A stretch of DNA of 64,000 nucleotides from an uncultured bacterium (GCA_964552465.1 CAZKGR010000018.1:6097-70096); one strand, 5' to 3'. Counted from the stretch's first letter, positions 9,742 through 19,815 are shown. The notes: a model not told the origin generated them from the sequence alone. Translations and numbers: made by a program.

Positions 9742-10350
9742 TTACCTGCCTCGGCCTGGACGACCGGGCTCTGATCCCGGATCCCGCTCAGGTCCACCAC
9801 GTTGACGGACTCCGGGACCTGGATTTTCATCCCATTTACCGCGGAATTGCCCTGGTGGACCCATGTCTCGTTGGATTTCCATCATCATCTCTCGCAGACG
9901 CTGGTGATATCGCATCTCAAACAGGTGTAACGCGGCCTGTTCCTGTTCGTTCAGCATGTCAGCGGAGTGGCGCACGAGCTCCTGATTCAACTCGAGCCGA
10001 CGTTTTTCCAGTGCAAAGGTCTTGTCCAGCAGGTCAGCGTAGTTAACATTCTCGCCCCGCAATCCCTGCTCTATGATCTGATGAATATCGCGAATCTGCC
10101 GGTCGAGGGAATCGACTTCCGACAGATGGACTCGGTAACGTGGGAAAAATTCAGTGGCACGCTCCTCATCCAAGTGGAGCAGTTCAGTGAGCTTCCAGAT
10201 GCGCATCATCTCAACGCGACGACGCAATTCTTCCTGCCGTTCCACGTCCTCCATCGGGGGGCTGTCGGGCTGTGCGATAGCCACAGAGCCTAAGACGAAG
10301 AATGTTAGTAACGATGCAACGACCGCTGTTTTGAGCTTGGATATATTCAT
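9742..10350 (-). CDS. Exported helical protein, Spy/CpxP-like
   Basis: Signal peptide (AIA|QPD); L.E.L.LDEE.A..F and L...QQAAL..FE helical motifs; Gly/Pro/Arg-rich tail; third gene of an ECF operon. Confidence 0.65.
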   Translation of the reverse strand: MNISKLKTAVVASLLTFFVLGSVAIAQPDSPPMEDVERQEELRRRVEMMRIWKLTELLHLDEERATEFFPRYRVHLSEVDSLDRQIRDIHQIIEQGLRGENVNYADLLDKTFALEKRRLELNQELVRHSADMLNEQEQAALHLFEMRYHQRLREMMMEIQRDMGPPGQFRGKWDENPGPGVRQRGGPERDPGSEPGRPGRGR

Positions 10351-10868
10351 CAGATTTCTCCCCTTCCAGTGGAAGGACTTTCAATCGGTGTATCGAAAAT
10401 GCTGAACTCTTTCAACTGTTCGAGGACTTGTTCCTGCACCTCGTCATCGTACATCGCAAGGTAGTCAACCGGGTCGTAGATCGGGTCATCATCAAATAAA
10501 ATGCTCATTTCGGACGAAATACGCTCGGTCAGATCATCTTCACCACTATCAAACGAGAACAATTCATCGTAGTAAGTAGTCACATCAGCCAGCTCATCGT
10601 CGGTCCACCCCAGGTAGGCCATATTATCTTCGTTCAACAACTGGCCGTATTCAGGACCAAACAAGTTACTCTGGTTGACAATTGCAACGATCAGCACAAC
10701 AACCGCCAGTGACGACACCACACTGGTGCGGATCGTTCGATGGTGACGTCGAACAGTCACTCGATGACGAACCGTACTGAGAAACTCGTGATCATCGCTG
10801 TCGGGCGCGAAATGCACTTCCCGCAACGGTGTCAGTAATTCCCTGTCCCTAGCATTATCATCGTTCAT
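10350..10868 (-). CDS. Putative membrane anti-sigma factor
   Basis: Directly after the ECF sigma; short cytoplasmic N-terminus, one TM helix (VVSSLAVVVLIVAIV), acidic periplasmic part; stop overlaps the next start. Confidence 0.65.
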   Translation of the reverse strand: MNDDNARDRELLTPLREVHFAPDSDDHEFLSTVRHRVTVRRHHRTIRTSVVSSLAVVVLIVAIVNQSNLFGPEYGQLLNEDNMAYLGWTDDELADVTTYYDELFSFDSGEDDLTERISSEMSILFDDDPIYDPVDYLAMYDDEVQEQVLEQLKEFSIFDTPIESPSTGRGEI

Positions 10869-10885
10869 CTTCAACTCCCCCGGGT

Positions 10886-11482
10886 TCAGAGTAACAAAGC
10901 GCCAGGCTTGGTTTCAATGACCGGTTGTTCATCATCCAGGGCTTCGCGCAATTTACGAATTCCCTGGTGGACATTTGCTTTTGCTCCACCGACTGAGATG
11001 CCCATGATCCTGGCGATCTCTGCGTAGGATAATTCTTTCACCATGCGCAGAATCACAGCGGTTCGTTGACGTACCGGCAGGTTTTTTAACTCCCCGAATG
11101 CTTGTTCCGCCAGATCTTTACGCTCAAGCGCAAGCTCACTTGACTCGACACTTAACGCAATTTCAGTTTCAAAGATGTCATTCTCATCATCAACTCGCGT
11201 CATTCGCCAGCGCTTCATCTTGCGCTTGAATGACACACTCTGGTTGAATGCGATACGATACAACCACGTCTTTGGGGATGCTTCCCCACGAAACTTGCCC
11301 AGGTTTTCGTACGCCTTGATGAATGTTTCTTGGGCAAGATCCTCAGCTTCGGTGGCATTGCCGGAGATCCGAACGCAGAGATCGTAGATCTCGCGTCGGT
11401 AGTTGCGCACAAGCACTTCCAGCGCTTGGTCGCGGTTGAGCCTGGCAAGCTCAACCAACTCTTCTCCGGTTAATTCAGCCAC
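10886..11482 (-). CDS. ECF RNA polymerase sigma-70 factor
   Basis: AEDLAQETFIKAY..L.KFRG...KTWLYRIA.N (region 2) and LP.RQR...ILR..KELSY.EIA..MG.S.G..K..VH (region 4). Confidence 0.95.
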   Translation of the reverse strand: MAELTGEELVELARLNRDQALEVLVRNYRREIYDLCVRISGNATEAEDLAQETFIKAYENLGKFRGEASPKTWLYRIAFNQSVSFKRKMKRWRMTRVDDENDIFETEIALSVESSELALERKDLAEQAFGELKNLPVRQRTAVILRMVKELSYAEIARIMGISVGGAKANVHQGIRKLREALDDEQPVIETKPGALLL

Positions 11483-11551
11483 CCCAACTCCCGTTTCAAC
11501 CTCCCGTAGTCTGGAGCGACCTGTATCCGTGGCTCCATCAGCCTGTACTTC

Positions 11552-11580
11552 TTAGACGCTTGACTACGACCTGAGTTTAA
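11552..11580 (-). promoter_or_regulatory. Putative ECF autoregulatory promoter
   Basis: The minus strand reads TAAAC-N16-CGTCTA about 70 nt upstream of the sigma start, matching the AAC-N16/17-CGT consensus of SigW/SigM-type ECF promoters. Confidence 0.5.
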
Positions 11581-11663
11581 GTCCGTGACTCTCCTAACGG
11601 CAGCCATAGGAATGAGAAAATCCGACCCCAGGGCCGGATTTAAACGATAAACATGCCTCAGAA

Positions 11664-12602
11664 TCAGAACTTGTAGCCGATCCCGATTCGATGGACTTGC
11701 CCGATTGCACCCTGCGAATAGAATGCGTAGTCCAGGTTAGTGTCGAAGTAGTGAAGTCCCAGTCCAGCTGAAATACCGGAGATGGCGTCCTGAGATCCTC
11801 CGACATGATAATTCGGTGCGAATGTCGTATAACCTGCGCGAAGCTGAAGTATCGGTGAAACAGTAAACTCGCCTGCCAAGGCACCCCAATACTCGCTATT
11901 TATGTCTATATGTCCCGTCAAACTCAGTTTCACTGGCAGGTGTTCGAGCTGTTTTGCAACTCCGAGATGAGCTGCGGTTGGCAGATCCTCTTTCGTCTCA
12001 CCATAACTCTGCAACTGGGTGCCGATATTCGTGATCCCGGCTGCGAGTTCGATCCATCTGAAACCCGTGTCCCAGTGAACTGATATATCAGCGGCGATCG
12101 CAGTGGATGTGTACGATTCAATCTGACCGGTAATGAACTTCACGGTGTGGCCAATACCAACTCGCTCCACTATTTCAAGTCCGAATCCAGTAGTGATCAA
12201 CATGTCAGACGCTGAAAAGGTACCCGTTGGATCTTCTCCGATCTCGCTACTTTGATCAAACGAACCATAGTTCAGGTAGTTCAAGCCCAATGCAAAGTAT
12301 CCGTAATCTGAGGGGAAACCGAAACTGAAAAATCCACCGCTGACATCCAGAGGGTGGTCAGCGTATGACAGGTTTACCAGCCGTTGATCCAGCATCGCAA
12401 GACCGCCAGGATGCATGTTCAAGGCATTCAAATCACTGTTCATCAACGCGATCGAATTGCCCGCCATCGCCGCGCCGCGAGGAGTCGGATCCATACGCAG
12501 CAGATCAAATGTTGTTGCTGCATTCGATGGGGGTGAGGTCAACGTCAGCACCAGGAAAAGTGCGACGAAAAATGCGATAGGGTTGCGGAGCGTAGTGCTC
12601 AT
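11664..12602 (-). CDS. PorV/PorQ family outer-membrane barrel (T9SS)
   Basis: LLR.DPTPRGAAMAG, NALN.HPGGLA, G.F.A.D, LRAGY, LDYA....G.IG.VHRIGI.YKF; start moved to MSTTLRN. Confidence 0.85.
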   Translation of the reverse strand: MSTTLRNPIAFFVALFLVLTLTSPPSNAATTFDLLRMDPTPRGAAMAGNSIALMNSDLNALNMHPGGLAMLDQRLVNLSYADHPLDVSGGFFSFGFPSDYGYFALGLNYLNYGSFDQSSEIGEDPTGTFSASDMLITTGFGLEIVERVGIGHTVKFITGQIESYTSTAIAADISVHWDTGFRWIELAAGITNIGTQLQSYGETKEDLPTAAHLGVAKQLEHLPVKLSLTGHIDINSEYWGALAGEFTVSPILQLRAGYTTFAPNYHVGGSQDAISGISAGLGLHYFDTNLDYAFYSQGAIGQVHRIGIGYKF

Positions 12603-12744
12603 ACGATCTCCAGTCTGCGAATAATCAAGTGTTGAATGACCGTGAGCAAGTAGAATTTTCTGCCTCCGACAGTTGTGATCATGTGGTTCAATAATATGGG
12701 TTAACTTGATCGAAAAGGAAAGTGGCCTCAGAATATGCACCTCT

Positions 12745-13794
12745 TCATTTCCACGGTTCGTCGTCTTCCAGATTCTCATTTCCATGAGCTGAATCGTCAT
12801 CATCCCACAACGGATCACCTTCGTACAGACTCGGATCAGTCAGGGATTCGTCGATGTCGTAGCTGTCATCTGAGTGCAGCTCACGTCGTCGACGGATAAT
12901 CACATTCATTCCAACAACCATGACCAGAATAGATGCACCGGACCACACCAAGGTATCGAAATTCAACCACGTCAGCAGGTTGAACCAACGGTACTTGTCC
13001 GCCAGTTTCTGATGATACGCGACTTCGATATCGAAGAACGACCGTCCAGTGATCTCACGCATCACCTCATCTGGATCACGACTTTCCTGATATCCATGAA
13101 GCAAGGCTGAGACTGCATCCCAGCCGTAGTGATCGACAAGAAACTCAATGAAGCTGATCGATTGCATATACGCAACCCGCGCCTGCTCTGGCCCGAGTGC
13201 CATCATGTTGTCAATTCCATCCAACGTGTAGGTTTGACCAAATACAACTGCCCGGCCAAGCGGTGTACGGTTCTTGTACATCGTTTCGCCACTGAGGTAC
13301 ATCGCCAGTCCTTCGCTGAACCAACGGGGAAGGAATCCAGGTTTTTCATGACTGGTGATGATGTGTACCAGTTCGTGCAGCGCCGTTACCGAGAACTGAC
13401 CACGGCTTGGCATGACGCGCGGCGACTGCAAAATGATGATCCTCTGAGAAGGTTTAGCGAGACCACCAGTCCAGTGCGGCATGCCGCTTGTCAGGTAACG
13501 GAACCGGCCTTCGGTTGGCGCGATAAAGACTCGCACGCCGCGAGGTTTTTCAACTCCCAACTTACCCGCAAAGTCATCGTCGAATCGTGTGAACATGACG
13601 AGCAGATCGTTTGCTGCTGACTGATCAGCACCCTCATGATAGATGAGGTAACCTTCTTTCGCGAGCATTAACCATTCGCCCGGTGGCAGGTTCTGTGTAG
13701 CTGGTGCCGGGATCGACTGGCTGTAAAGCGGGGTCACCAGCCCGATGATGGTTAGCAGAGCAACCAGTAGTGCAATGAATGTTCCCTTCATCAC
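12745..13794 (-). CDS. Peptidase MA-like zinc metallopeptidase with C-terminal TM anchor
   Basis: HELVH...PRWFSEGLA gluzincin motif; signal peptide; TM helix near the C-terminus; acidic tail. Confidence 0.85.
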   Translation of the reverse strand: MMKGTFIALLVALLTIIGLVTPLYSQSIPAPATQNLPPGEWLMLAKEGYLIYHEGADQSAANDLLVMFTRFDDDFAGKLGVEKPRGVRVFIAPTEGRFRYLTSGMPHWTGGLAKPSQRIIILQSPRVMPSRGQFSVTALHELVHIITSHEKPGFLPRWFSEGLAMYLSGETMYKNRTPLGRAVVFGQTYTLDGIDNMMALGPEQARVAYMQSISFIEFLVDHYGWDAVSALLHGYQESRDPDEVMREITGRSFFDIEVAYHQKLADKYRWFNLLTWLNFDTLVWSGASILVMVVGMNVIIRRRRELHSDDSYDIDESLTDPSLYEGDPLWDDDDSAHGNENLEDDEPWK

Positions 13795-16277
13795 GCTACC
13801 TCCGTCGGATCGACATCGACACTTACCCGTATGCCGGACTCGAACTTCACCCGATCCATCATCTCACGTAGTACTGAACGCATGCGTTCTCCGTTGCCAT
13901 CCACCGTCTTGCTCGATTTAACCAGCAACCGCCAGCGGTACTTCCGTTTTACCCGCCGAACGTGCGCAGGTTCCGGACCGAGCACCTGCAACTTACCCGG
14001 ATAGTTGCGCAGGAAGCTCGACGCCTGCATCGCAGATGCTCGAACCTGATCCTCATTGTTCCCTGAGAAGGTGAGCACTGTCATATGCGCGAATGGAGGA
14101 TAGTCAAGGTTTCTGCGCCGTTCCAGCTCGCTCTCGATGAACGCATCCCGCGCCGGTTTCGCCAGATACTGGAATAGCGCATGCTCGGGACGCAGGGTCT
14201 GGATGATTACCTCGCCGTCCTTCTCGCCGCGTCCAGCCCGACCCGCCGCCTGTACAAGTAATCTGAATGTCCGTTCCGACGCACGGAAGTCCGGCTGGTT
14301 CAACGATGGGTCAGCGTTGATCACGCCGACTAGCGTAACGTGTGAGAAGTCGTGACCTTTGGCTACAAGCTGGGTGCCGAGCAGAATCTGCGAATCACCC
14401 GCAGCAAAGTCACGGAGGATGCGTTCCTGTTCGCCGACTCGTTTAAGTGTGTCACGATCCATTCGCGCGGGCTGTAGATCCGGGAAGCGTTGCTGAATCT
14501 CATCTTCGATGCGTTGTGTACCCACTCCAAATGCACGTAGGTCACTCGCCCCACATATCCCGCAATCGTCCGGGACACGGCGGTTGTATCCGCACAGATG
14601 GCAACGCAGCGCCGGCTCGTTTCGACGGCTGCTCTTCGCGTGATAGGTTAGGGGGATATCACAATTCGGGCAGCCCTGGGTGTCGCCGCAGTTGTTGCAT
14701 TGCAGCACGGGGGCGAACCCACGGCGGGTGATCAACAGGATGACACCGCCGCCATTATTCGTGTGCGTGGTGATCGCTTCGGCCAGTTGCGGACCGATGT
14801 ACGGCGCGTCCTCAGCTTCACGACGTCGGTCGAGCACGCGCAAAGACGGCCAGCTCGCACCGAAACGTTGCGTCAGCGGCAGACGAATAGCCCGCTTTCG
14901 TTCAAGCACGAGATGCATTGTTTCGAGGCTGGGCGTTGCTGATGCCAGAAGCACGGGTGCGTTCGCCATCCAACCACGGGCGGCGGCGAGGTCACGTCCC
15001 TGGTAACGTGGGGAGGGGTCCTGCTGCTTGTACGCTTCCTCGTGTTCTTCGTCTACGATGACCAGCCCCAGCTCGTGTACCGGTGCGAACACGGCGCTGC
15101 GTGGCCCAACGACGATGTGCGCTTCACCACGATGCAACGCCCGCCACGCTGCCATGCGCTGGCCTTTGTTCAATGCCGAATGCATGACCACGACTGGCTC
15201 ATGGATCACCTGGCGGATGCGGGCAACAACCTGCGGCGTTAACGATATTTCCGGGGCCAGCACCAGCACACCCTTGCCAGCAGCGCGCGCCTTCGCGATC
15301 AGCTCGACGTACACCCGCGTTTTACCTGTGCCGGGCAGCCCATCAAGCAGGAAGACTTCACGTTCTCCAGCTTCAATGCGTTGGGAGACTTCGTTGACCG
15401 CATGAGCCTGTTCCTCCGTCAGTGGGGGAGGAGTGCCTTCCGGCGCACGTGGATCAAAGCCGAGGCCGATGACGTCACGTGTTCGTGCTTCGATACGAAC
15501 CAGCTTCGTCGTGACCAACTGATTAAGCACCGTGCGCGAGACATTCGCCCGATCCTTCAGCTCCGGCCACGGCGCTTCACGATCCAACTCGATCAGTGCG
15601 GATAACAGGCGCCTTCGTGCCGTCGCACGCATCGGAATGTCGTCAACCGAAGCCGCAGGTTCAGAGATTACCCAGTCAACTGTCGCTTTGGACTCCGCGT
15701 CCGCAAGCTGCTCGGTTCGTTCGATCAAACCAAGACCTGCCAGTTCGATCAATGCAGCGTCAACGGGGAGGCGTGGGAAACGTTTGCGAAGGACTGATGC
15801 TGACACCGTTCCCTCACCAGCGAGAAAGCGGCTTAATGTAAACTGAGAAGTGTTGCTCGTAACCTCCTCTGGCCACTGACCTTCCAGCTCCGGACCTATC
15901 CATCGGACAGTCACATTTGGCGGCTTGAGTAGATCCGCCGGCAAAGTCGCCTGAATCACCTCACCCCAGTCGGCGAGGTAACGCTTGACCACATGAGCAC
16001 ATAGAGAGATCAGTTCACCCGGCAACGCAGGTGAATCATGATCGAGGAGTGCCTGCACGGTCTTGAGTTTGTCAGTTTCAAGTGATCCGTCAGCATTCGA
16101 TGGTCCGGACGGTACCACCACTCCGACCCGTGTTCGGTTGTGAAATGGGACTAATACCCTTCGTCCTGACACTTCGATTCCTACCCACTCATCTGGAACA
16201 CGATAGAGGTACGCTTCGCCCGGCGTGCCGGGTATGGCGACGTGAACAAGCGGTGATTTTTTGCGTGCGGCTGGCAT
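13791..16277 (-). CDS. priA: Primosomal protein N'
   Basis: GLPGTGKT, PEISLTPQ, GPRSAVFAP, VDEEHE..YKQ, two CxxC pairs, ILLGTQLVAKGHDF, QAAGRAGR, PPF. Confidence 0.97.
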   Translation of the reverse strand: MPAARKKSPLVHVAIPGTPGEAYLYRVPDEWVGIEVSGRRVLVPFHNRTRVGVVVPSGPSNADGSLETDKLKTVQALLDHDSPALPGELISLCAHVVKRYLADWGEVIQATLPADLLKPPNVTVRWIGPELEGQWPEEVTSNTSQFTLSRFLAGEGTVSASVLRKRFPRLPVDAALIELAGLGLIERTEQLADAESKATVDWVISEPAASVDDIPMRATARRRLLSALIELDREAPWPELKDRANVSRTVLNQLVTTKLVRIEARTRDVIGLGFDPRAPEGTPPPLTEEQAHAVNEVSQRIEAGEREVFLLDGLPGTGKTRVYVELIAKARAAGKGVLVLAPEISLTPQVVARIRQVIHEPVVVMHSALNKGQRMAAWRALHRGEAHIVVGPRSAVFAPVHELGLVIVDEEHEEAYKQQDPSPRYQGRDLAAARGWMANAPVLLASATPSLETMHLVLERKRAIRLPLTQRFGASWPSLRVLDRRREAEDAPYIGPQLAEAITTHTNNGGGVILLITRRGFAPVLQCNNCGDTQGCPNCDIPLTYHAKSSRRNEPALRCHLCGYNRRVPDDCGICGASDLRAFGVGTQRIEDEIQQRFPDLQPARMDRDTLKRVGEQERILRDFAAGDSQILLGTQLVAKGHDFSHVTLVGVINADPSLNQPDFRASERTFRLLVQAAGRAGRGEKDGEVIIQTLRPEHALFQYLAKPARDAFIESELERRRNLDYPPFAHMTVLTFSGNNEDQVRASAMQASSFLRNYPGKLQVLGPEPAHVRRVKRKYRWRLLVKSSKTVDGNGERMRSVLREMMDRVKFESGIRVSVDVDPTEVA

Positions 16278-16487
16278 GGATGGAAGGTAGGGCTGAGCAG
16301 ACTAGGTTGCTACGATGAAATGGGAAGCAATTGTACCCCAGACATAAATGTCTGGCGCATAGTTCAACTCAGAATTTGACACCTTACCCCATACACAAGT
16401 CAATTGAAGTCGTAATCAGAACAAAGCGCTGGAGAGTGGTACAACAAATAACTCTTTTCGAATGGGATTAGGTGTCCCCTTATTTAC

Positions 16488-17804
16488 TTATTTCTTCCTG
16501 AGCACAATCCGCACCGGGACACCCTCAAATCCGTATTCCTCACGGAAGCGACGCTCGAGGAAACGCTTGTACGCATCCGGCATCAATTCCGGATAATTCA
16601 GGAAGAACGAGACAATCGGCGGATTCGATGAGACCTGGCTCAAATACTTCATCCGCAGCCACTTGCCCTTGATCGATGGCGGCGGGGTACGTTCGAAAAC
16701 CGTCTCGAAGAACTTGTTGAGTTGCGACGTCGAGATACGTTGCGCGCGACGTTCGGCGATCTCCAACGCCCGGTCGAGCACGATCTGGGTGCGCTTTCCG
16801 GTCAGCGCCGAGATGAATTCCATCGGGACGAAGCTGAGGTCTGGCAGATCATCACGGAAATCGTCCAGCACCCGCTTATAGGTCATCTCATCCTTCTCGA
16901 CCAGATCCCACTTGTTGTACAGGGCGAGCATGCCCTTGCCCTTCTGACGGACCTCGTCGAAGAGACGGCGTTCGTACTGGGTAAGGCCATCCTGCGAGTC
17001 GATCAGGATCGCGGCAACATGGCAGCGTTCGAGTGCACGGATGGTCCGCAACGCGGTGTAATAGTCCAGATCTTCGGACCGGCCGGTGATGTGCTTGCGA
17101 CGCATGCCGGCCGTATCGACCAGCACGATCTTCTTGTCTTTGTAGATCAGGCTGTAGTCAATCGCGTCGCGGGTTGTGCCCGGAATATCGGTCACAATCT
17201 GGACATCCTGACCGAGCAACTTGTTGACCAACGATGATTTTCCGACGTTCGGACGTCCGAGAATCGCCAACCGGATCTCGTCCTCGTCCTCCTCAGGCAT
17301 GCCCAGTTCAAATCCCTTGACCATCGCATCAAGCAGATCGCCGGTGTTCAATCCGGACGTACCGCTGACCGGAATCGGATCGCCTAGCCCGAGGGTATAG
17401 TAGTCGTAGATGTCCTGAATATCATTCAATGTGTCGATCTTGGTCACGGCGAGTATGACGTCTTTCCCATGACGCTGGACCTTACGCGCGATCTGGGTGT
17501 CGAGTTCGCTCAGGCCGCGTTTGCCGTCGGCGATAAACACGACACGGTCGGCAGTCTCAATCGCAGCTTCGGCAGCAGCTGAGACGAGGGCGTCCATCTC
17601 CTCCTGCTGACCGGTCATCAGGCCGCCAGTGTCAACGAGAGTGAACGCGACACCGTTCCACTCGAGATCGCCGTGCAGACGGTCACGGGTCACGCCGGGG
17701 ACATCATGCTCAATCGCCACACGCTTACGCAGGAGACGATTGAACAGGGTGGACTTGCCGACATTCGGCCGTCCGACAATCGCGATCATGGGTTTGGTGG
17801 ACAT
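16488..17804 (-). CDS. der: Ribosome biogenesis GTPase Der (EngA)
   Basis: Two GTPase domains (GRPNVGKS twice, PGVTRD/PGTTRD, DTGG/DTAG) and a C-terminal KH-like domain. Confidence 0.98.
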   Translation of the reverse strand: MSTKPMIAIVGRPNVGKSTLFNRLLRKRVAIEHDVPGVTRDRLHGDLEWNGVAFTLVDTGGLMTGQQEEMDALVSAAAEAAIETADRVVFIADGKRGLSELDTQIARKVQRHGKDVILAVTKIDTLNDIQDIYDYYTLGLGDPIPVSGTSGLNTGDLLDAMVKGFELGMPEEDEDEIRLAILGRPNVGKSSLVNKLLGQDVQIVTDIPGTTRDAIDYSLIYKDKKIVLVDTAGMRRKHITGRSEDLDYYTALRTIRALERCHVAAILIDSQDGLTQYERRLFDEVRQKGKGMLALYNKWDLVEKDEMTYKRVLDDFRDDLPDLSFVPMEFISALTGKRTQIVLDRALEIAERRAQRISTSQLNKFFETVFERTPPPSIKGKWLRMKYLSQVSSNPPIVSFFLNYPELMPDAYKRFLERRFREEYGFEGVPVRIVLRKK

Positions 17805-17917
17805 CTGGGATTCGTCTTTCGTCTCACGTCTTTCGGGACGTCCATGCCCCTGTTTGCTTGTCAAACAGGGTATTGTTGGGTTGACTGGAAAATCACATCA
17901 AGACCAACACAAATATA

Positions 17918-17939
17918 CCCCGTTAGCAAGCTAACGGGG
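17918..17939 (-). terminator. Hairpin downstream of tRNA-Gly
   Basis: ccccgttagc-aa-gctaacgggg followed on minus by tatatttg. Confidence 0.6.
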
Positions 17940-17956
17940 GCATACCTTCGTCGAAG

Positions 17957-18029
17957 AGCGGCGGACGGGAATCGAACCCGCGACATCCAGCTTGGGAAGC
18001 TGGTGCTCTACCAATTGAGCTACCACCGC
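17957..18029 (-). tRNA. tRNA-Gly (anticodon CCC), CCA not encoded
   Basis: GCGGTGG/CCGCCGC acceptor stem, AGCTCAATTGGTAGAGC D-arm, CCAGC-TT-CCC-AA-GCTGG anticodon arm, GGTTCGATTCC T-arm, U73; followed by CTT. Confidence 0.97.
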
Positions 18030-18179
18030 GAACAGAAGGCCAATGTAGCCGCCTAGCTCACGAACACGCAAGGTGGATTCCGGAGACGTTTGCGCTAATT
18101 CATGAATGCGCTTACGTTACCGCCGCAGATGAGCCGCGGTAACCGTCTTCGACGGATTACCACGGGCACCATAGTTTCG

Positions 18180-18224
18180 ACCTTGGATGAGCCCGACTTG
18201 CAAGCAAGTCGGGGCAAACACATA
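18180..18224 (+). repeat. Short palindromic element, copy 1
   Basis: accttggatgagcccgacttgcaagcaagtcggggcaaacacat with internal stem cccgacttgc/gcaagtcggg; near-identical copy on minus at 21422-21465. Confidence 0.75.
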
Positions 18225-18240
18225 TGATTTTGATGAGACG

Positions 18241-19710
18241 ATGATGAGCGATACGACATACGAGATTAAAGCAACCGGTTCCATCGCTAAAGGGGTTGAA
18301 CTACCGCCCGTCGATCCGGATCAGGATTTCAAGGGATACCGCGGTTTCAGCCGCGCCGTTCTCGAAAAAACCGGCGCACGCGTCTGGTGTTCGATCAAGA
18401 TGGACACCGACCAGGGCGACTTCGTCGGCACACTATTACCACGCAGCGAAACCGCCGATGACCGCCATTTCGTGATGAAGCTGACCCATAACGGATACAA
18501 CATAGGCGTTCGCGCGGATACCGTCACCCATATCGAGGTGCAGGGCTACAAAAAAGCGGTCTACGCAATCCCGGAGAAGGAATTCCCGAAAGATCCGGCC
18601 AAACCGAACGTCATCCTGCTCGGCACCGGCGGAACCATTGCCAGCCGCTTGGATTACCGGACTGGTGCAGTGATTCCGGCGTTTAGCCCCGGTGAGCTGT
18701 ACGGTGCTGTGCCGGAGCTGGCTGACATCGCGAACATGAACACGAAGAAGATCTTCGGCGAGTTCAGTGAGAACATCGGCCCAATGCACTGGGCGAAAGT
18801 CGCCGAAGCGGTCGTTGATGAGATCGAGAATTCAAATGTGGCTGGCGTAGTCGTCGGACATGGTACCGACACCATGCACTACACCGCCGCCGCGCTGACC
18901 TTCATGGTCCAGAACCTGCCGTGCCCGGTTGTTGTTGTCGGATCGCAGCGCAGCTCGGATCGACCGTCATCAGACGCAGCGTTTAACCTGCTCCGTGCAG
19001 TAAAGACTGCGTCCGAAGGTGATTTCGGAGAGGTGATGGTCTGCATGTATGGTCCGACCTCAGACAACTACGGCCTGCTGCACCGCGGAACACGGGTCCG
19101 CAAGATGCATTCGTCATACCGCAGCACCTTCCGCACCCTGTCCGACACACCAATCGCACGTGTCAGCCAAGACGGTTTCGTCCCGATCAAGAATGACGAC
19201 GCCTACATCCACCGTGACATGACACGTAAGCCGGTGCTGAACACGTCATTCGAGGAAAAAGTCACCCTGCTGTGGTACTATCCGAACATGCAGCCGGACA
19301 TTCTGGATGCCATGGTTGACGCTGGCTACAAGGGAATCGTGATCGCCGGAACCGGACTCGGGCATGTGAACAAGCCGTTGTATCCCGCGCTGCGACGTGC
19401 GGTCGAGAAGGGCGTGCAGATCTTCATGACCGTGCAGACCTTGTGGGGATATGTGCAGATGTATGTCTATGACACTGGACGCGATATCATGGAAATAGGT
19501 GTTACCCCGCTGGCGAACATGCTGCCGGAAGTCGCATACGTGAAGCTCGGCTGGGTGATGGGTCAGACCAACGACCCCGCCGAAATCAAACGTATGATGA
19601 CAACACCGGTCAACGGCGAGACTACTGAACGCGAACCGTTCGATGGCTACCTCGTCTTCCAAGGTGGCCTACCCGAATTCGAGGATCACTTTAAACATCA
19701 TCAGATGTGA
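18241..19710 (+). CDS. gatD: Glu-tRNA(Gln) amidotransferase subunit D (archaeal-type GatD)
   Basis: N-terminal GatD domain (GTLLPRSE..DD.H.VMKL..GYNIGV), then asparaginase core GTGGTIASRLDYRTGAV, HGTDTMHY, GSQRSSDRPSSD, HRGTRVRKMH.SYR..FR, MLPEVAYVKL.W. Confidence 0.9.
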   Translation: MMSDTTYEIKATGSIAKGVELPPVDPDQDFKGYRGFSRAVLEKTGARVWCSIKMDTDQGDFVGTLLPRSETADDRHFVMKLTHNGYNIGVRADTVTHIEVQGYKKAVYAIPEKEFPKDPAKPNVILLGTGGTIASRLDYRTGAVIPAFSPGELYGAVPELADIANMNTKKIFGEFSENIGPMHWAKVAEAVVDEIENSNVAGVVVGHGTDTMHYTAAALTFMVQNLPCPVVVVGSQRSSDRPSSDAAFNLLRAVKTASEGDFGEVMVCMYGPTSDNYGLLHRGTRVRKMHSSYRSTFRTLSDTPIARVSQDGFVPIKNDDAYIHRDMTRKPVLNTSFEEKVTLLWYYPNMQPDILDAMVDAGYKGIVIAGTGLGHVNKPLYPALRRAVEKGVQIFMTVQTLWGYVQMYVYDTGRDIMEIGVTPLANMLPEVAYVKLGWVMGQTNDPAEIKRMMTTPVNGETTEREPFDGYLVFQGGLPEFEDHFKHHQM

Positions 19711-19715
19711 AAAAT

Positions 19716-19750
19716 CAGTCCTGAGTCTTGAGTCTACAGTCCTGAGTACA
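19716..19750. repeat. Degenerate heptamer tandem repeat, 5 units
   Basis: cagtcct gagtctt gagtcta cagtcct gagtaca, right after the gatD stop. Confidence 0.75.
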
Positions 19751-19755
19751 GAAAG

Positions 19756-19783
19756 AGGGCACTTTCGAACGAAAGTGCCCTTT
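19756..19783. terminator. Terminator between convergent gatD and ORF6N gene
   Basis: agggcactttcg-aa-cgaaagtgccct followed by tt. Confidence 0.75.
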
Positions 19784-19815
19784 GAAATTGTTTATAACCC
19801 GGCTGGAACTAAACA

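Noticed and set aside
17957-18029. tRNA-Gly as an island integration site
   Set aside because: der lies directly at its 3' side; no integrase or duplicated tRNA 3' end was seen.
18241-19710. Plain type I L-asparaginase (ansA)
   Set aside because: It has the extra GatD N-terminal domain and GatD-specific signatures.
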